Notes: generated by a model not told the origin, from the letters alone. Positions 14,014 through 27,911 are shown, counted from the first letter of the stretch. The stretch is 64,000 nucleotides of DNA from Octopus vulgaris (GCA_951406725.2 OX597828.1:32922001-32986000), one strand, 5' to 3'. Made by a program: numbers and translations.

Positions 14014-14926
14014 CCGTCATCATCATCAATATCACAGCCATCATAACCACCGCCATCGTCGTCGTCGTCATCATCATCATCATCATTGCCATCATCATCA
14101 TCATCATCTTCATCATCATCATCATCATCATCAAAATCACTGCCATCATAACCACCGCCATCGTCATTGTCGTCATCACCATTATCGTGACTGTATGCAG
14201 CATCAATACCACCATCACTATTAATGTCAGCCCCTATTATCGAAACCTTCGACTTCACATCATCATTATCAACAGTATTATTATTATTATTATTATTAGT
14301 AGTAGTAGTAGTAGTAGTAGTTGTAGTAGTAGTAGTAGTATCATCATCATTATTGTTGTTGTTGTTGTTGTTATCAACAACCCTCACCACACCCTTCCAC
14401 ACCTTTACCAGTATCTTAATTATCAATGTCGTCGGCATCGTAGTCGTCGTCGTCGTCGTCGTCATCACAGTAAAGAACGACCTTGTTTACAATTTACTCA
14501 TTCCCCCACCACCACCTCCAACAGCAACAACAACAACAACAACAGTGTAATCATCATAATCATCATTATTATCAACATCACTTCCATTATCAGTAAGATC
14601 ATTATTATCATTGTTATCGGTCGCATCATCGTAATCCTGATCGCCATTACCATCAGCACCACCACCGACACCATCATCAGTATCACGATTATCGCAATCA
14701 CGTTTATAATCATCACCATAAGCAGCAGCAGCAGCAGCAGCAGCATCACTACCGCCATCATCATCATCTTCCTCATCGTCCTAATAAACAAAAAAAAAAA
14801 CACAAAGCTTTCATTTTCAAAATTATCGTTACCACAATTGACATCACCTGACACGCCGCCACCTATCGGCACAATCATAACCATCTCTATTTTTCTTATC
14901 GTCAACGTCATTGTCACTTTCAATGA

Positions 14927-14970
<44 letters not shown>

Positions 14971-15127
14971 CCGTCGTCGTCGTCATCATCATCATCGTCG
15001 TCGTCATCGTCATCATCGTCGTCGTCATCATCATCATCATCATCATCATCATCACAAAACGTCATCATCATCATCGTCATCATCATCATCATCATCACCA
15101 TCGTCATCATCACCATCGTCGTCGTTG

Positions 15128-15191
<64 letters not shown>

Positions 15192-15209
15192 CATCATCAT
15201 CACCATCAC

Positions 15210-15247
<38 letters not shown>

Positions 15248-15307
15248 CCACCACCGTCATCATCATCACCATCGTCGTCGTTGTCGTCATCATCATCATC
15301 ACCATCA

Positions 15308-15340
<33 letters not shown>

Positions 15341-15345
15341 GTCAG
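13300..15345. repeat. Compound trinucleotide low-complexity block (CAT/CGT/CAC/TAG/TTA/CAA)n
   Basis: Directly visible; source of the poly-D/M/I/H/S ORFs. Confidence 0.95.
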
Positions 15346-15834
15346 CATTAGTCTTATTTACAGAAGCCATTAATGTTGCTGAAGCTGGTTTGTTTTGATT
15401 ATTATTGATGGAGCCGATAGCCTTGCCTTTTATACCTCCGGTGACACAATAATATATTTATCTGATCAATTTTGAGCTTTTGTCGAGTTATTATTGTTGT
15501 CGTTCGCGCTGAGGTAGCTGTTGTTGTTATTTATGTTATTCGTCTTGTTGTTGTTGTTAAGTAATAGAAATGGCGGTTATGGTAAGCGGGGGGGGAGGGC
15601 TGGTGCTAAACTTGCCTGAGGTAATTTCATTTTATTTATTTGATATTATTTGTATTATTTATATTATTTATATTGCTGTAAAGTATCATTTTCTGAATCA
15701 CACTCGATGTAGAACCAACAAATTTGTGTCAATTTTTCCCTGTAAGAGTCTTTCACCTGTTACCCCTAAGGCAACAAAGTATTTCTTTATTATCATTATC
15801 ATCATCAGCATCAGCAGCAGCATCGATATTATTA

Positions 15835-16191
15835 TTATTACTTCTATCTTGGCGAAGGCGGAGGTATTGTTTTCTGACGTGTTAGTTTGTTTGTCCGTGG
15901 ACAAGATATCTCAGGATGGATTCGGATGAAACTTTCAGGGATGTTTGGTCTCGTGACCTGCACGAACATATTAGATTTGGGAATTGATCTGGTACCGGAT
16001 AAGAATTCTGGATTGCTTTCCCTGTTTTGTTACTTAATTTTTGAGACCGGTCGGGTTCATTTGTAGTATTGTCGTTTATGAGAGCAGTCGAGTTTATTTC
16101 AGATATTCTCATTTTTAAAAAATCATCTTCGGCTCATCGTTGAGGGGACGCTGATGTGACCCAGAAGTGGTGTTGCGTTCTCTCAGTGCTC

Positions 16192-16196
<5 letters not shown>
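15835..16196 (+). mobile_element. Non-autonomous Helentron-associated (HINE/DINE-1-like) element
   Basis: Starts ATTACTTC...GGCGGAGGTATTGTTTT, has a GTTTGTTTGTCCG microsatellite and GGATTCGGATGAAACTTTCAGG, ends GCGTTCTCTCAGTGCTCTTGTT; inserted in an ATT run. Recognised from family architecture only. Confidence 0.55.
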
Positions 16197-16222
<26 letters not shown>

Positions 16223-16257
16223 CATTAGTAGTAGTAGTAGTAGTAGTAGCAGTAGTG

Positions 16258-16383
<126 letters not shown>

Positions 16384-16439
16384 ATGGTGGTGCTGGTGGT
16401 GCTGGTGGTGGTGGCGGCGGCGTTGGCGATGGTGGCGGT

Positions 16440-16654
16440 GGTGGTGAGCTGGTAGAATAGCTAGCACGCTAGGCGAACGGTTTAGCGTTATTTCGTCTGC
16501 CTCCATGTTTTGGGTTCAATTTTGCCTTCATTCTTACTGGGTCGAAAAAATAATTACCAGTTGATCACTGGGGTCAATATAATCGACTTTTCTCCTCCCC
16601 CAAACTTTCAGGCTATATCATTAATATTATTATTATTAAAATTATTATTATTGA

Positions 16655-16715
<61 letters not shown>

Positions 16716-17045
16716 AATCGGCGCGCCGGGCGAGATTCTTAGCAGCATTTCGTCCTTTTTTACGGCATAATCGAGTAATATCTTCAAATCCAAACCGCTG
16801 GCCTTGTACCAAAGTTAGTAATTAATATAGTTATTATTGAGAAGGTAGTGAACGGGCAGAATCGTTTGTACGTCGGACAAAATCATAGTAATACAGCTTC
16901 TGGCTTCAAATCTGAGTTCAAATCCCATTAGGCTTTATTCTAGCTCTCATAATTTTGGGGTCGATAAAATAATGTTCCAGTTAAGTACTAGGGTTGAGGT
17001 AACAGACTTACCCTTGCCCGTGAAAATGCTTCTTTGTATAATTAT
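16440..17045 (+). mobile_element. Two to three degenerate family A SINE copies separated by (TTA)n
   Basis: GGTGAGCTGGTAGAA..; TCTGAGTTCAAATCCC..GGGGTCGATAAAATAA. Confidence 0.7.
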
Positions 17046-17786
17046 TAGGACGAATATTAGGAATTCAGTTCACACCTCAATCATAACTATGTGTACCGAA
17101 GCATCTACATTACCAAAGATACAATTTAGAATACTCCTTATGCTTTGAGTATAGCGCAATGCATACATATGCTAACAGGCGAGGTAACCGTCACATAACC
17201 GCCTCTAGGATCAGTAGACTAGTCGTAGTTTCGCCTATACGCAGTACGTAAAGACGGACTAGGAGCCACAAAGCATTTGTCCGGCGTGCTAAAGAATATA
17301 TCTCCTTGCTGCTTTGTAGGTATTTCAAAACTTAGCAAACAGACTACAGTCCATAATATTCTTTTGTTATTCTTAATATTTCGTCTATTGTTTGAATTAC
17401 ATTAAATATAATCAGTGTTAATTATAATTACAGCGAATGTTATTGCCCATGGGAACAGATAGAAATTACATCTCAAAATATTTAGAATATGTGAAAATAT
17501 TTCTCTTGAAACAACTCCCGATCTCTGACACGCTTATCAATGTTTGTTGCCCAGACGTCGATACGTTGGGGATTTCAGATTGATGGCTTTCATGAGTTGC
17601 GTTATTTAGCTTCAACATTTAATATTCGTCGTTCACATAACCATAGATTTAACGTTTCATTTTTATCATTACTGACAAACGTACGGCAGTAGCAGTGATA
17701 TATTGCTTTTGCTGACTACATATTTTTGTAGCAATTGAAGAGGCGATTATATAGATATCAACTTCGGAAATAAATTACATACATAT

Positions 17787-18250
17787 ATGGTGGCTGCCCC
17801 CTCGTTATCGAGTATGGCCATTGCACGAAGCTTAATCAATGTTGTTATCGTGCAATGCCTGTGCAAGAAGATTTTTTTAAAGTGAGGAAAGGCTGTGCAC
17901 TGAGTCAATCCCACTCACTAAACAACAGCAGCCATAATCCGAAAAGAAGAACAAGTCAACATCATCTGTAACCACTGAGCCACAGAGTTTATGTCGGAGT
18001 TATCCCAGTTACCTGAGTTACCTTCTCCTAGAGGGATGCCCTAATAAGGGCGAGGAGTCCTTCACTCCCAATTGTTTATCCGCGCGATCGGGTATTCAGT
18101 CCGATTATTTCTATGTCCCCGCGCATGATACAGCCTTAAGACATTTATTCGATGGTCTTTGACTCTCAAGAGTTCCTCTGCCCTTTGACAGGTTTTGTCT
18201 TTCATCCCGCAGCGTGTCCGATAAACACCCACCTCACCAAGCAAACTTGA
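17787..18250 (-). mobile_element. RTE-related non-autonomous element (5' UTR-like segment plus RTE-type 3' tail)
   Basis: The tail end resembles the tail end of the SINE at 7047; GC-rich structured body; no ORF. Confidence 0.4.
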
Positions 18251-18289
18251 CTCTGACTATGACTTCTCATTTGTCCTACTCGTGATTTA

Positions 18290-18435
18290 GGTTATGTAGC
18301 AACACATTCATACAAAAAACTGCAAATGCTGTGTTTCAGGGAGAAAGAGCAAAAGAAACTAACGCGGATACTCCAAATCTAATCTATTAGTGGCACAGCG
18401 AAGATCTGTAAGACATTCCAAGAATTCACTATCTG
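18290..18435 (+). mobile_element. Extreme 3' fragment of a restriction-like-endonuclease (RLE) non-LTR element
   Basis: Translates GYVATHSYKKLQMLCFREKEQKKLTRILQI*SISGTAKICKTFQEFTI*, paralogous to the fragment at 18740. Confidence 0.6.
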
Positions 18436-18528
18436 AGATTTTTATGCAAATAGTTGCACACACTTGAACTCTTTTTTAAGAACTAAAATCAAAGAAAAGT
18501 CGTACATGCATACATACATCATACATTC

Positions 18529-18559
<31 letters not shown>

Positions 18560-18739
18560 CATACATACATACATACGCACATATATACATACACACATGC
18601 ATGCATCCATACAGACACACATACATACATACATACATACATACATACATACATACATACATACATACATACATACATACATACATACATACATACATAC
18701 ATACATACATACATACATACATACATACATTCATTCATA

Positions 18740-19155
18740 CGTGGAGAAATCAGAACATCTGCAGTTACCCTATCGAGATTAGAAGACCTGTAATTATTGG
18801 GGCCCTGGGATATGTAGCACACTGCCTAAATACCAATCTTGAGAAATTAGGCTTCTCAAAATCAGAAAGAAGAAAGCTAATTCGAATACTACAGATCGAG
18901 GCCATTACTGAAACTGTAAAAATCTGTAAAACTTTACAGATTTTTATAATCAAATATATATGTGAGCATGTCTAGATATGGAACTATATGCATAAGAATG
19001 CACACAAAAACATACAAATCTACACATATATACAAACACACAAACAAAAATACCCTGTTGTTGATGTTGATATTACAATGAAGGTGCCTTGAATCTATGT
19101 TAGAAACTGGTTATTTCTCTATTGTCAAGAAATCTTGAAATAAACTGAATAATGA
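18740..19155 (+). mobile_element. 3' end of an RLE-type (R4/NeSL-like) non-LTR element within (CATA)n
   Basis: PVIIGALGYVAHCLNTNLEKLGF...LQIEAITETVKICKT is a C-terminal RLE motif; (CATA)n on both sides. Confidence 0.7.
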
Positions 19156-19217
19156 CATACATACATACATACATACATACATCATACATTCTGACATACA
19201 TACATACATACATATAT

Positions 19218-19410
19218 AACGGGAAGCTTTATGAAAATAGACAAAAGACGAAGGCAGGTTTACGGAAATAAACAAAAGACGAAGGCAGGTGGAATACAAA
19301 CAAACAATTGTATTAGTATGGCGCTCAGGAAATATAAATAAAACAAGTCTTTAACGTTTCGAGCCTACGTTCGTCAACAGAAAGATACACAGAGAAAAAG
19401 AACACAGAAA
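19218..19410 (-). mobile_element. Second copy of the pLTR-like repeat (see 8945-9145), hammerhead-like motif at 19348-19385
   Basis: Reverse complement TCTTT-CTGTTGA-C-GAACGTAGGCTC-GAAA-CG-TT-AAAGA, plus shared CCTGAGCGCCATACTAAT..TTGTTTGTTTG. Confidence 0.65.
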
Positions 19411-20357
19411 GATACATATAATTAAAAACGTGACAAGTGAAGAGGAATAATAGAATCAACTTCATTAGCCAATAGTTGTTTCTCTTGTAAGATGCAGTTT
19501 TCTAACATTTGTATTTAAATATTTTCTCCACCAAAGTATTCATTTGCTTTCAGAATTTTACAGAAAGTGAAAAGTGAAGCACAAGTACACAGATCCGAAT
19601 GTATTGTATCTTACAGCAGAAACAGCTGTCAGCTTATGATTTTGATTCCGTAATTCCTATTCCTTTACCATTTGTTTGATTTCATATTACACTCTGTCCT
19701 TGCCTAACATTTTATTCTCAAACATGAATATTGTGATCTAACACCAGAATTTTGATATCGCTACACCCCAGTAAAAACCTAATAAATGTATGTGTGTAGC
19801 TGTGTGTGTGTGAGCATGTGCGTGCGTATGCGTATGTGTGAATGTGTGTGTGAAGATATATTAATAAATGTATACATATATTGTCTATCCTGCATGACTT
19901 ATCAACAAACTGACCTTGGCAGGACTAAACGAGACGAAGTTTAACTCAGTCATTTATTTGGTTCTCTCAACCAAAATGTATGTATGTTATAAATCAATAT
20001 ATTGATGTCTAACAGAAGTATAAAGCTACATATTTGGGTGGAGGATAGGATGAATTAAATAAATCGACCACAGTAATTGACCACAGTTCTTGCAAAATAT
20101 TAAATCTTTCGTTAGAAATTTTAACTGTGATGATAAAGTGACGTAACTATATACTACGCAGAATTTGGTCTGAGTGCCTTCAAGGCCAACAGAGGAGTTA
20201 CAAATCCTGTTTTGAATTACAAGAAATAACAGCGAAATCTCCTTCGTATCATAGCTTCTTTTCTTTGCAGAGATTTAGATATAATGGATGATATAGTCAT
20301 CAAAAGTCCATATTGGACTTCTGACAGCTTCTCTAATCGACAACATATAACACACCC

Positions 20358-20393
<36 letters not shown>

Positions 20394-20403
20394 TATATAT
20401 ATA

Positions 20404-21080
20404 CCGGATACGGTGAATATACTGTCGTGTAAATATCGCAAAAATGTAAATAACACATAACACTGACATCTGATTTTAAGAAATATATCAATCAAAATTA
20501 CATAAAAATATATTTTGTCTGACATCAGGACTGGGTTCTCCTGCTTGTGTGGCATGCTGCAGAATCCTGTTCCCAGATATAGGGTCTTCCAGCAGCCAGC
20601 CTCTTGACCCAAGAAACACTACCTCCCCGAGGCACTTGATGTAGGCATCTGTGTTGAGTGTGAGGCCGTGTGGGAAGATGAATGGAGGCATAACGTCGCT
20701 ATCACAAGTGATCATACTAAACACCACGATTTTTGACTGGACGTTTGATTCTTATCACTCTCTTTACACGCTTCTATTGATACATGCTCGTATTGGAGCT
20801 ACCAGTGCTTCGTATTGGAGTTCATGGTCTTTGTATTGGAGCTTCGAGCGCTTCGTATTGGAGTTTCGTTCACGTCGTATTGGATCTTCCAGTTCGAAAG
20901 ACCAAGCAGTACGCATGTTGTTTCCAAATTTCTGGTAGAGAGAGTTGTGTCATGTTGCTGCTTTTCTCACTAGCGGTGCCCAACTGCCCCTATTATACTG
21001 TGTAGTAGACAAAATTAAAAGCAAACAATGCGAATATCCACATCTATAATTTTATTTAACAGTTATTTACAGCACATTAT
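20404..21080 (-). mobile_element. DD37D/maT-like transposon relic, copy B
   Basis: ITCDSDVMPPFIFPHGLTLNTDAYIKCLGEVV; ends homologous to copy A. Confidence 0.75.
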
Positions 21081-21373
21081 ATTCCGGACCTATACATGTC
21101 TCAACTACAGCGACTGCACACTGTTGGATGTGCTGCCTAGCTAGACCATTTCGAAGTAGTAGCTAAGTGCTACGTGATGGTTAGATCAACAAAAAGTACT
21201 CTACCTTGTGAGATACAAATATTATTTAATAAACACAGTATAAGTTATTTATGTGCTGCTACTATCATTTTCATGTGCTGCGAACATGTCAAACACACAT
21301 CTCGTGCCCCAATACAATCATCAGATACAGCCCACTTGACCTACCTAACTAAAATTCATATATTGTGTTTACT

Positions 21374-21458
<85 letters not shown>

Positions 21459-23629
21459 GCTTTTGTACTATATTATGTGACCAAATTAGACAGACAGCGG
21501 AAAGTAAATTTACGGACTACGCGGATTACAACGGCTTTCACTGGTGAATTTAGTTAGCCAAATTTGATCCTTCAGGGTGCTTATAAATAACTTCCCGGAT
21601 TATTAATTCTTTTTCTCTGCTGAAATTTTAATGCTGCTCCTAGGCAATATTCCTGCGCAACATAGCACAACAGGTACGTTTTAATCTTTTATTCTGACCT
21701 CATAATTTCTGGTAAAAGTTATGAATATTTTCAAAGCTATCACAATTCACGTTGTTTATTTTCTAACTGTAGTATCGCTTCATATTTCGATATCGATTTC
21801 ATTTTATATGTTTCTGCTGGCATTCAAAGAATAACGATATTATTATATCTCAGGTTTTATTCGTTCAAACAATAGATCTTATTCGTTATTGAAATCCCAA
21901 ACAATATTGATGTTTTCTAGACTGGAAGTTACGAAGGATTTATGTCTTATGGTGTTTTGTGCTTCATCGTAATTATTTCCAAACAATCACCAAAGGATAA
22001 TCTGTTGTTTTCATCGATCTTGTTGTTGATGCTGTTATTTCTGTTGTCATTATTGTTGAAGTTATTCCTGATTCTGCTGCTGCAACTGCTTTATACGATT
22101 CCATCCATGACCCTTCCATGTTTTTACTGCCAGAATTCATCTACAATCATAATATTCAATTATACCTTCCTTTTGTTATTGTAGTAAAGTGTAATTTTTA
22201 GCAGATTTCATTATTTCAACGATCTTGATCAAGTTCGCAGAAGCTCTCTAATTAAGTAATCTATACGATGCTAATTTCTTTTATATTCCTTCGAACCCGG
22301 ATTGTCATTTTCATTTTTTAAAGAAAAAATGTCTACACGTACTGTTGAAGAATACATAGTTCACAATGGTTTATTTGAACCATTAAGTCTTCTCGCGATA
22401 TTTTCTCTGTAATATATATTAAAAGATAACAGTCTCAGAATTTCTGAAAAATTAATCTTCAAAATATTTTTAAGAATATTTCCACTTGAATTAATTGCAT
22501 GTTATTTCATTGCTTTTTGTAAAGCTTTACTTGTAACTGTCATTTTTTACTAGTCAAAACAATACCTTCATATTACTTCCTGCTTGCGATATTTTACTTC
22601 GCTTTTTCTTTCTAAATTTCACAGCACAATGATCCTTCGTCTAATTTCTCTCGGAGCAAGTAAATCATCCATTAGTTCTTTGTAATTTCTCTCAAAGTCA
22701 TTGCTCTCATTTTTTTCTAGTCATTGCAATATGTACTTTTAAGACTGTCATGCCAGTCGCTTCATTCAAACCACGTATTATTTTCTTTTATTAAAGAAGT
22801 CGCTTTCCACTTTCTATTCGCGGTTCTCACAATTTTTTAGAACAAGTATTCCGAAACTTCATGCGAAGCATTTGAATTTGTCTAAGACTGCGCGTTCAAA
22901 TTTATGGAGGTACAGCGTGGAAATGTTATTTTCCCCATCAGAAAACACACGAAATATTTTTAAAATTCACTTTTGATGTCAATCTTCAGTTGGAAAACAT
23001 TTTCTCGCCCCACTGCAGACTGATCATTAACAATAATGCAGCCTGTATGTTGCAATTTAATTTTTAGGTCACTAAAATGTATCTTCAATCACGTAATAGC
23101 TAAGACTAATCCGTTTCTATTAAAATAACTCTCAGCAAGATTAGTTTTTTTGTAATCGATATCGCAAAACCTTGAATGTATTTCTCTATCAAGAGTCATT
23201 TTATATTGCACACTTATGGAGAAAAAAATTCTCCATTCTCTTAGTCTCCAAAATTAGAAATACACTTGCCATTGTCCGCTGTAATTTTTTCTATACCTTG
23301 GTTTCACGACCTTGAAATATAGAATTTGAATGAATCTTCCTAACATTGTGTAACAATTCTAATCTGGAAGACCGGTTTATGCATATAGTCTTTACCTGCT
23401 TCTAAATCTCTATTTTCGTCTTCTCAAAATGTATTCTCCCAGAATTTTATGCCGGTCTCTTTCTCGAAACCATGCAATACTGGCATTTATTAAGGAGGTC
23501 GCTTTCCACTTTCTCGTTAAAGCATCGTACAAAATTCCTCACAATTTTTTTCCCCTCCCCACAAAAAAACAGGCCTTGTGCCTATAATAGAAAGGATTAT
23601 TATCATTACTATTCTTATTATTATCATAG

Positions 23630-23776
23630 CCTTTGCAGAGCTTCAAACGTTGGAGATGTACTATAGTGTCAGCTGCTCCCTACCAGTAAACTAAGGTAAC
23701 ACTCCATATTTTTCGAGCACCTTCCGGAGTATTTGAGCGGTTCCAAACAGTGCTATTTTCAACAAGTGCTCCACCC

Positions 23777-23780
<4 letters not shown>
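23630..23780 (-). mobile_element. R4/Dong-like LINE extreme 3' fragment in (TAA)n
   Basis: Reverse complement encodes a degenerate EHLLK.ALFGTAQILRKVLE-like C-terminus; bounded by TTA repeats. Confidence 0.55.
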
Positions 23781-23861
<81 letters not shown>

Positions 23862-23865
<4 letters not shown>

Positions 23866-24116
23866 TAGTTTTATTTTTATAGCGTGCTTTCACTTCACTA
23901 CCGAGCGCAGCTCTGTGTGCCTTGGGTATGTGCTGTGATTTGTTGTGATGCTCTGATGGTTATTGTATGGAAAGTGTTATGCGTAGGATGTGTGCAGTGC
24001 CTAGTAGTGCAATTTTCTGTATGTTATATGTGTTTGTAAGTCCTGGTGTTTTTGTTACGTATTTGTCTGAATATTTTTTTATCATGCCTAATGCACCTAC
24101 TATGATAGGAATTGTC

Positions 24117-24118
<2 letters not shown>
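23862..24118 (-). mobile_element. R4/Dong-like LINE 3' fragment in (TAA)n
   Basis: IPIIVGALGMIKKYSDKYVTKTPGLTNTYNIQKIALLGTAHILRITLSIQ*. Confidence 0.8.
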
Positions 24119-24169
<51 letters not shown>

Positions 24170-24170
<1 letters not shown>

Positions 24171-24651
24171 GTTTTTTCCTTCTTTCTTCAAATTTTCTTC
24201 CGTTTCTCGCCGAGTGTTTTCCATACATCTAGGGCAGAGAAGGGCATTGCATGCATTTCCAGATTACACGCGCAAATTCACAGATAAAATATGTATTTAA
24301 AAATTAATAAATAAATAAATTCATGGATGGATGTTATTTTCACGGCGATAGTGCTCTTCTCAGTACATGAGTCGTTCCAGTTAATACGATTTTTTGCATT
24401 TCCTGTAGGGATGGTAAGCCTGGAATCATTTTCAAATAGGTTTCAGTACCTTTTTTTATCATTCCTAGTGATCCTACAATCACTGGTACTGTAGTTGCCT
24501 TGAGATGCCACATTTTTTCAATTTCTATTATCAGGTCTTTATATTTACTAATCTTGTCAAATTCTTTCGCCGCTATATTTTGATCACAGGGAATACTCAT
24601 GTCAATTAATAAACACATCCTTTTTGTCTGATCTTTTATAATAATATCCGG

Positions 24652-24655
<4 letters not shown>
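24170..24655 (-). mobile_element. R4/Dong-like LINE 3' fragment with RLE domain in (TAA)n
   Basis: KPDIIIKDQTKRMCLLIDMSIPCD..KEFDKISKYKDL..WHLKATTVPVIVGSLGMI..MQKIVLTGTTHVLRRALS* (PD..D..KY signature). Confidence 0.85.
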
Positions 24656-24738
<83 letters not shown>

Positions 24739-25230
24739 CGTTGGTGTATGAGAATCGTTAAAGCATTAAAAGCAATGTTTGTAGTATATGTTCTGCTTCT
24801 GGATGCACTGAGTGATTCCCATGTTTTCTGGCTGGAGAGTTCAAATAGTATTTTTTGCTGAAAGACTTCCGTACCATCTACTTGGCGTATATTTATTTAA
24901 GTGAGTTAGATAGCGATTCACTTCATTGTAAGTTCTGGTCATCATGTCTAAAGTTATAACCTGATAACCGATATCAAACTAAGACAAATAAATTCATTGT
25001 GACTAGTCTTATATAGATAACCTGGTTTTGCCTCTCAAACCGATGCTTCTGTATATGCTTGAAATCAACTCAGAACTTATAGGAGCTTCAAAGAGAATAC
25101 GCCAATCGCACGAATTTCCAAGTTTGCCGTTTTACATCGAATTGTAGAACAGTTATCAAATGAGCATCACATAAAATTACACACATAAAAGCGCATACAC
25201 AGACGTGTACGTTTGATTCATAATTCATGC

Positions 25231-25261
<31 letters not shown>

Positions 25262-25932
25262 TACATATATATATATATATAATATATACATATATATGTA
25301 TGTATATATGTATATATATATAGTTATATATATATATAAGTATATATATATGTAATTATATATATATATTTAATTATATTTATATTTATATAATTATATA
25401 AATATATGTAAACATATATACATATGTGTGAACATCAGGGAATGGGACATAATTTAATAGAATGAGAATATAAGATAGAATAAAGCTGCCTCATAAATTA
25501 TGATGCTATGCCTGGTTCAATCCGCGCTTACATTGAAAACCTAGGATTTAAAATATGATTATTATATTGATCGGAATTCGATGCATTTGAAGTATAGATC
25601 TCTCAGAGTATTGTTATTTGAACGTATTAATAACCTGAAATTAACATTCTACTAAATTACATGCTGAACGAAGATTGCCAATATTCTTGCGAAAAATCAA
25701 TCAATTCGAGGTAATAAGTAGTACTTGGATTGAATTCGTATCGTGATTTTACAAAAATAAAACTTTTGCTGTTTATATTTTAATCTTGCTTTATGATAGT
25801 GTTTACAGACACAAAGTAATTTCCCTCCATAGTCTATATGTAAGTCTTGATTTAGATTTACAAAGCACGTGTAGCTTAATATGCTATATATATATATATA
25901 TATATATATATAACAGATTGATAGATATATAA

Positions 25933-26004
<72 letters not shown>

Positions 26005-26929
26005 ATATGTGTGTGTGTATAAATAGTACATTCGGTGGTTAGAGAAATAGGAAACTTTATTTAGATAATTAATGCATTGGAAATTAATTTGACGTATCAA
26101 ACATCCTTATAGTTTCACCGAGCTTACTCAGCTACAACGAAAATGTTTTCTGCTAGATTAAGAATTACTAGAGGATGCTCTATAAGAAAGAAGAATATAA
26201 CTTCAAATACTACAAGAGTTATCTGTTATATTCTCTCTTCCGAAAACATATTTACATATAATGGCGACTTAATTAGGTTCAACCAGTTATTGATCATGTG
26301 CGGAAACAATTTTATTGAAAGATAATGATTTTAGATAGACCAGAGGCTAAATTTGGAGAAATGATTGGACACATTGCAAAATAAATCCTACAGTGGCTGT
26401 ATAATCTCAAATCTATTTCGATTTTAGTTGAAGAAGCAAGAAAAACATATATATATTGCCAGCAGCTAACTTGAAAACAGAGTGGAGCAGGATATTCTTG
26501 TAAAGCTGTATTAGTTTTCTGGCTTACCCGATTTGGTAGCTAAGTCAAAATTGATAACGATGAAATTGGCTTGAGCCATGTGAGCTAAAAGAAAATTAGC
26601 AAAACTGATTAGATTGTATAAACGGCCAATGACTGATGCTGTATACAAAGATAAACTTCACGCAAGATCAAAATTAGAAATTATAGAGTTACTGGAATGT
26701 TTGGCACGTGGGAATAAAAATCACTGAAGAACATTGTAAAGGTGAAAATAACAATAAAGAAAATAAAATAATTATGTCTTTTATATATGAAATAATGAAA
26801 AGAGACAAATATTTTCCAGTGTTTTGAAATTTAAATGCAGGTTTCTGAAATCATTTCTGACAGTAAATGAGTAACTTTTTTGTGCACTTTGTTGAGGTAT
26901 TTATACTAAAGTAAACATATGAACAGTCA

Positions 26930-26931
26930 AC

Positions 26932-27018
<87 letters not shown>

Positions 27019-27188
27019 GCTATCTATCTATCTATCTATTTATATATCTATATATTTATCTATCTATATTTCTATCTATCTATCTATCTTTCTATCTATC
27101 CATCTATCTATGTACCTACCTAACTATCTATCTATATATATATATATAATATATATAAATTTATATATATATATATACATATACGTAT

Positions 27189-27281
<93 letters not shown>

Positions 27282-27848
27282 TATCGACATTTTTGTATGT
27301 ATATGTGTGTCAATAATGTTTGTTTTGCATTGAAAGTATGTATACGTGAATGTGATGCCTGTGTATACGTATAGCTTACTTCATGAATTTCCGGTTAGTG
27401 TATATACATGCAGGAATGTATGATGGTTTTCAAGCTAAAACCAAAAATCTAAATATTATGTAGAAAATAGAAAATTTTTGAATTTTTAATACCTTAAGGA
27501 GGTAAAATAGACTAAAATCGATATTCTTTTGTTTAGAATATTTTGCTTGAAGGGATAAAATCTTCCCTTAATCTTTGCGCCATGCATACTTTAATTTGTC
27601 ATTTTCGCGAAGTACGTTGCTATTAATAATAACAATATTATTATTATTATTATTATTATTGTTGGTGGTGGTGTTGTTGTTGTTGCTGATGCTATTCTTG
27701 TTCTTGCATTTGCTGTTGTTTGTGTTGTTGATTTTTATTTTTATTTTTTTTTGCATTTTGAACTTAGGAATTATCAACGGTAGACGAATGAAAACAAAAA
27801 TAAAAGCGATAACAATAAGAATATATATTAAGATTATTATTACTTCCT

Positions 27849-27911
<63 letters not shown>

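Noticed and set aside
18150-18250. Possible HDV-like ribozyme at the 5' end of the RTE-related element
   Set aside because: I could not build the nested double pseudoknot by eye; it needs a descriptor search.
19592-19633. GAAACAGCTGTC hammerhead 3' half
   Set aside because: Core (CCGAATG) and stem I are too degraded to call; possible relic only.
20786-20890. CRISPR-like repeat-spacer appearance
   Set aside because: Repeats and spacers are far too short, spacers are related to each other, there are no cas genes, and it lies inside a eukaryotic transposon.
21525-21585. CUGAAGG...GAAA motif on the minus strand
   Set aside because: Stems I and III do not pair.
22750-23555. Imperfect ~90-bp direct repeat (TTTATTAA.GA.GTCGCTTTCCACTTTCT) about 700 bp apart
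   Set aside because: Real similarity, but no LTR termini, TSD or coding content to interpret.
26720-26760. CTGAAGA...GAAA on the plus strand
   Set aside because: No convincing stem II or stem I; chance match.
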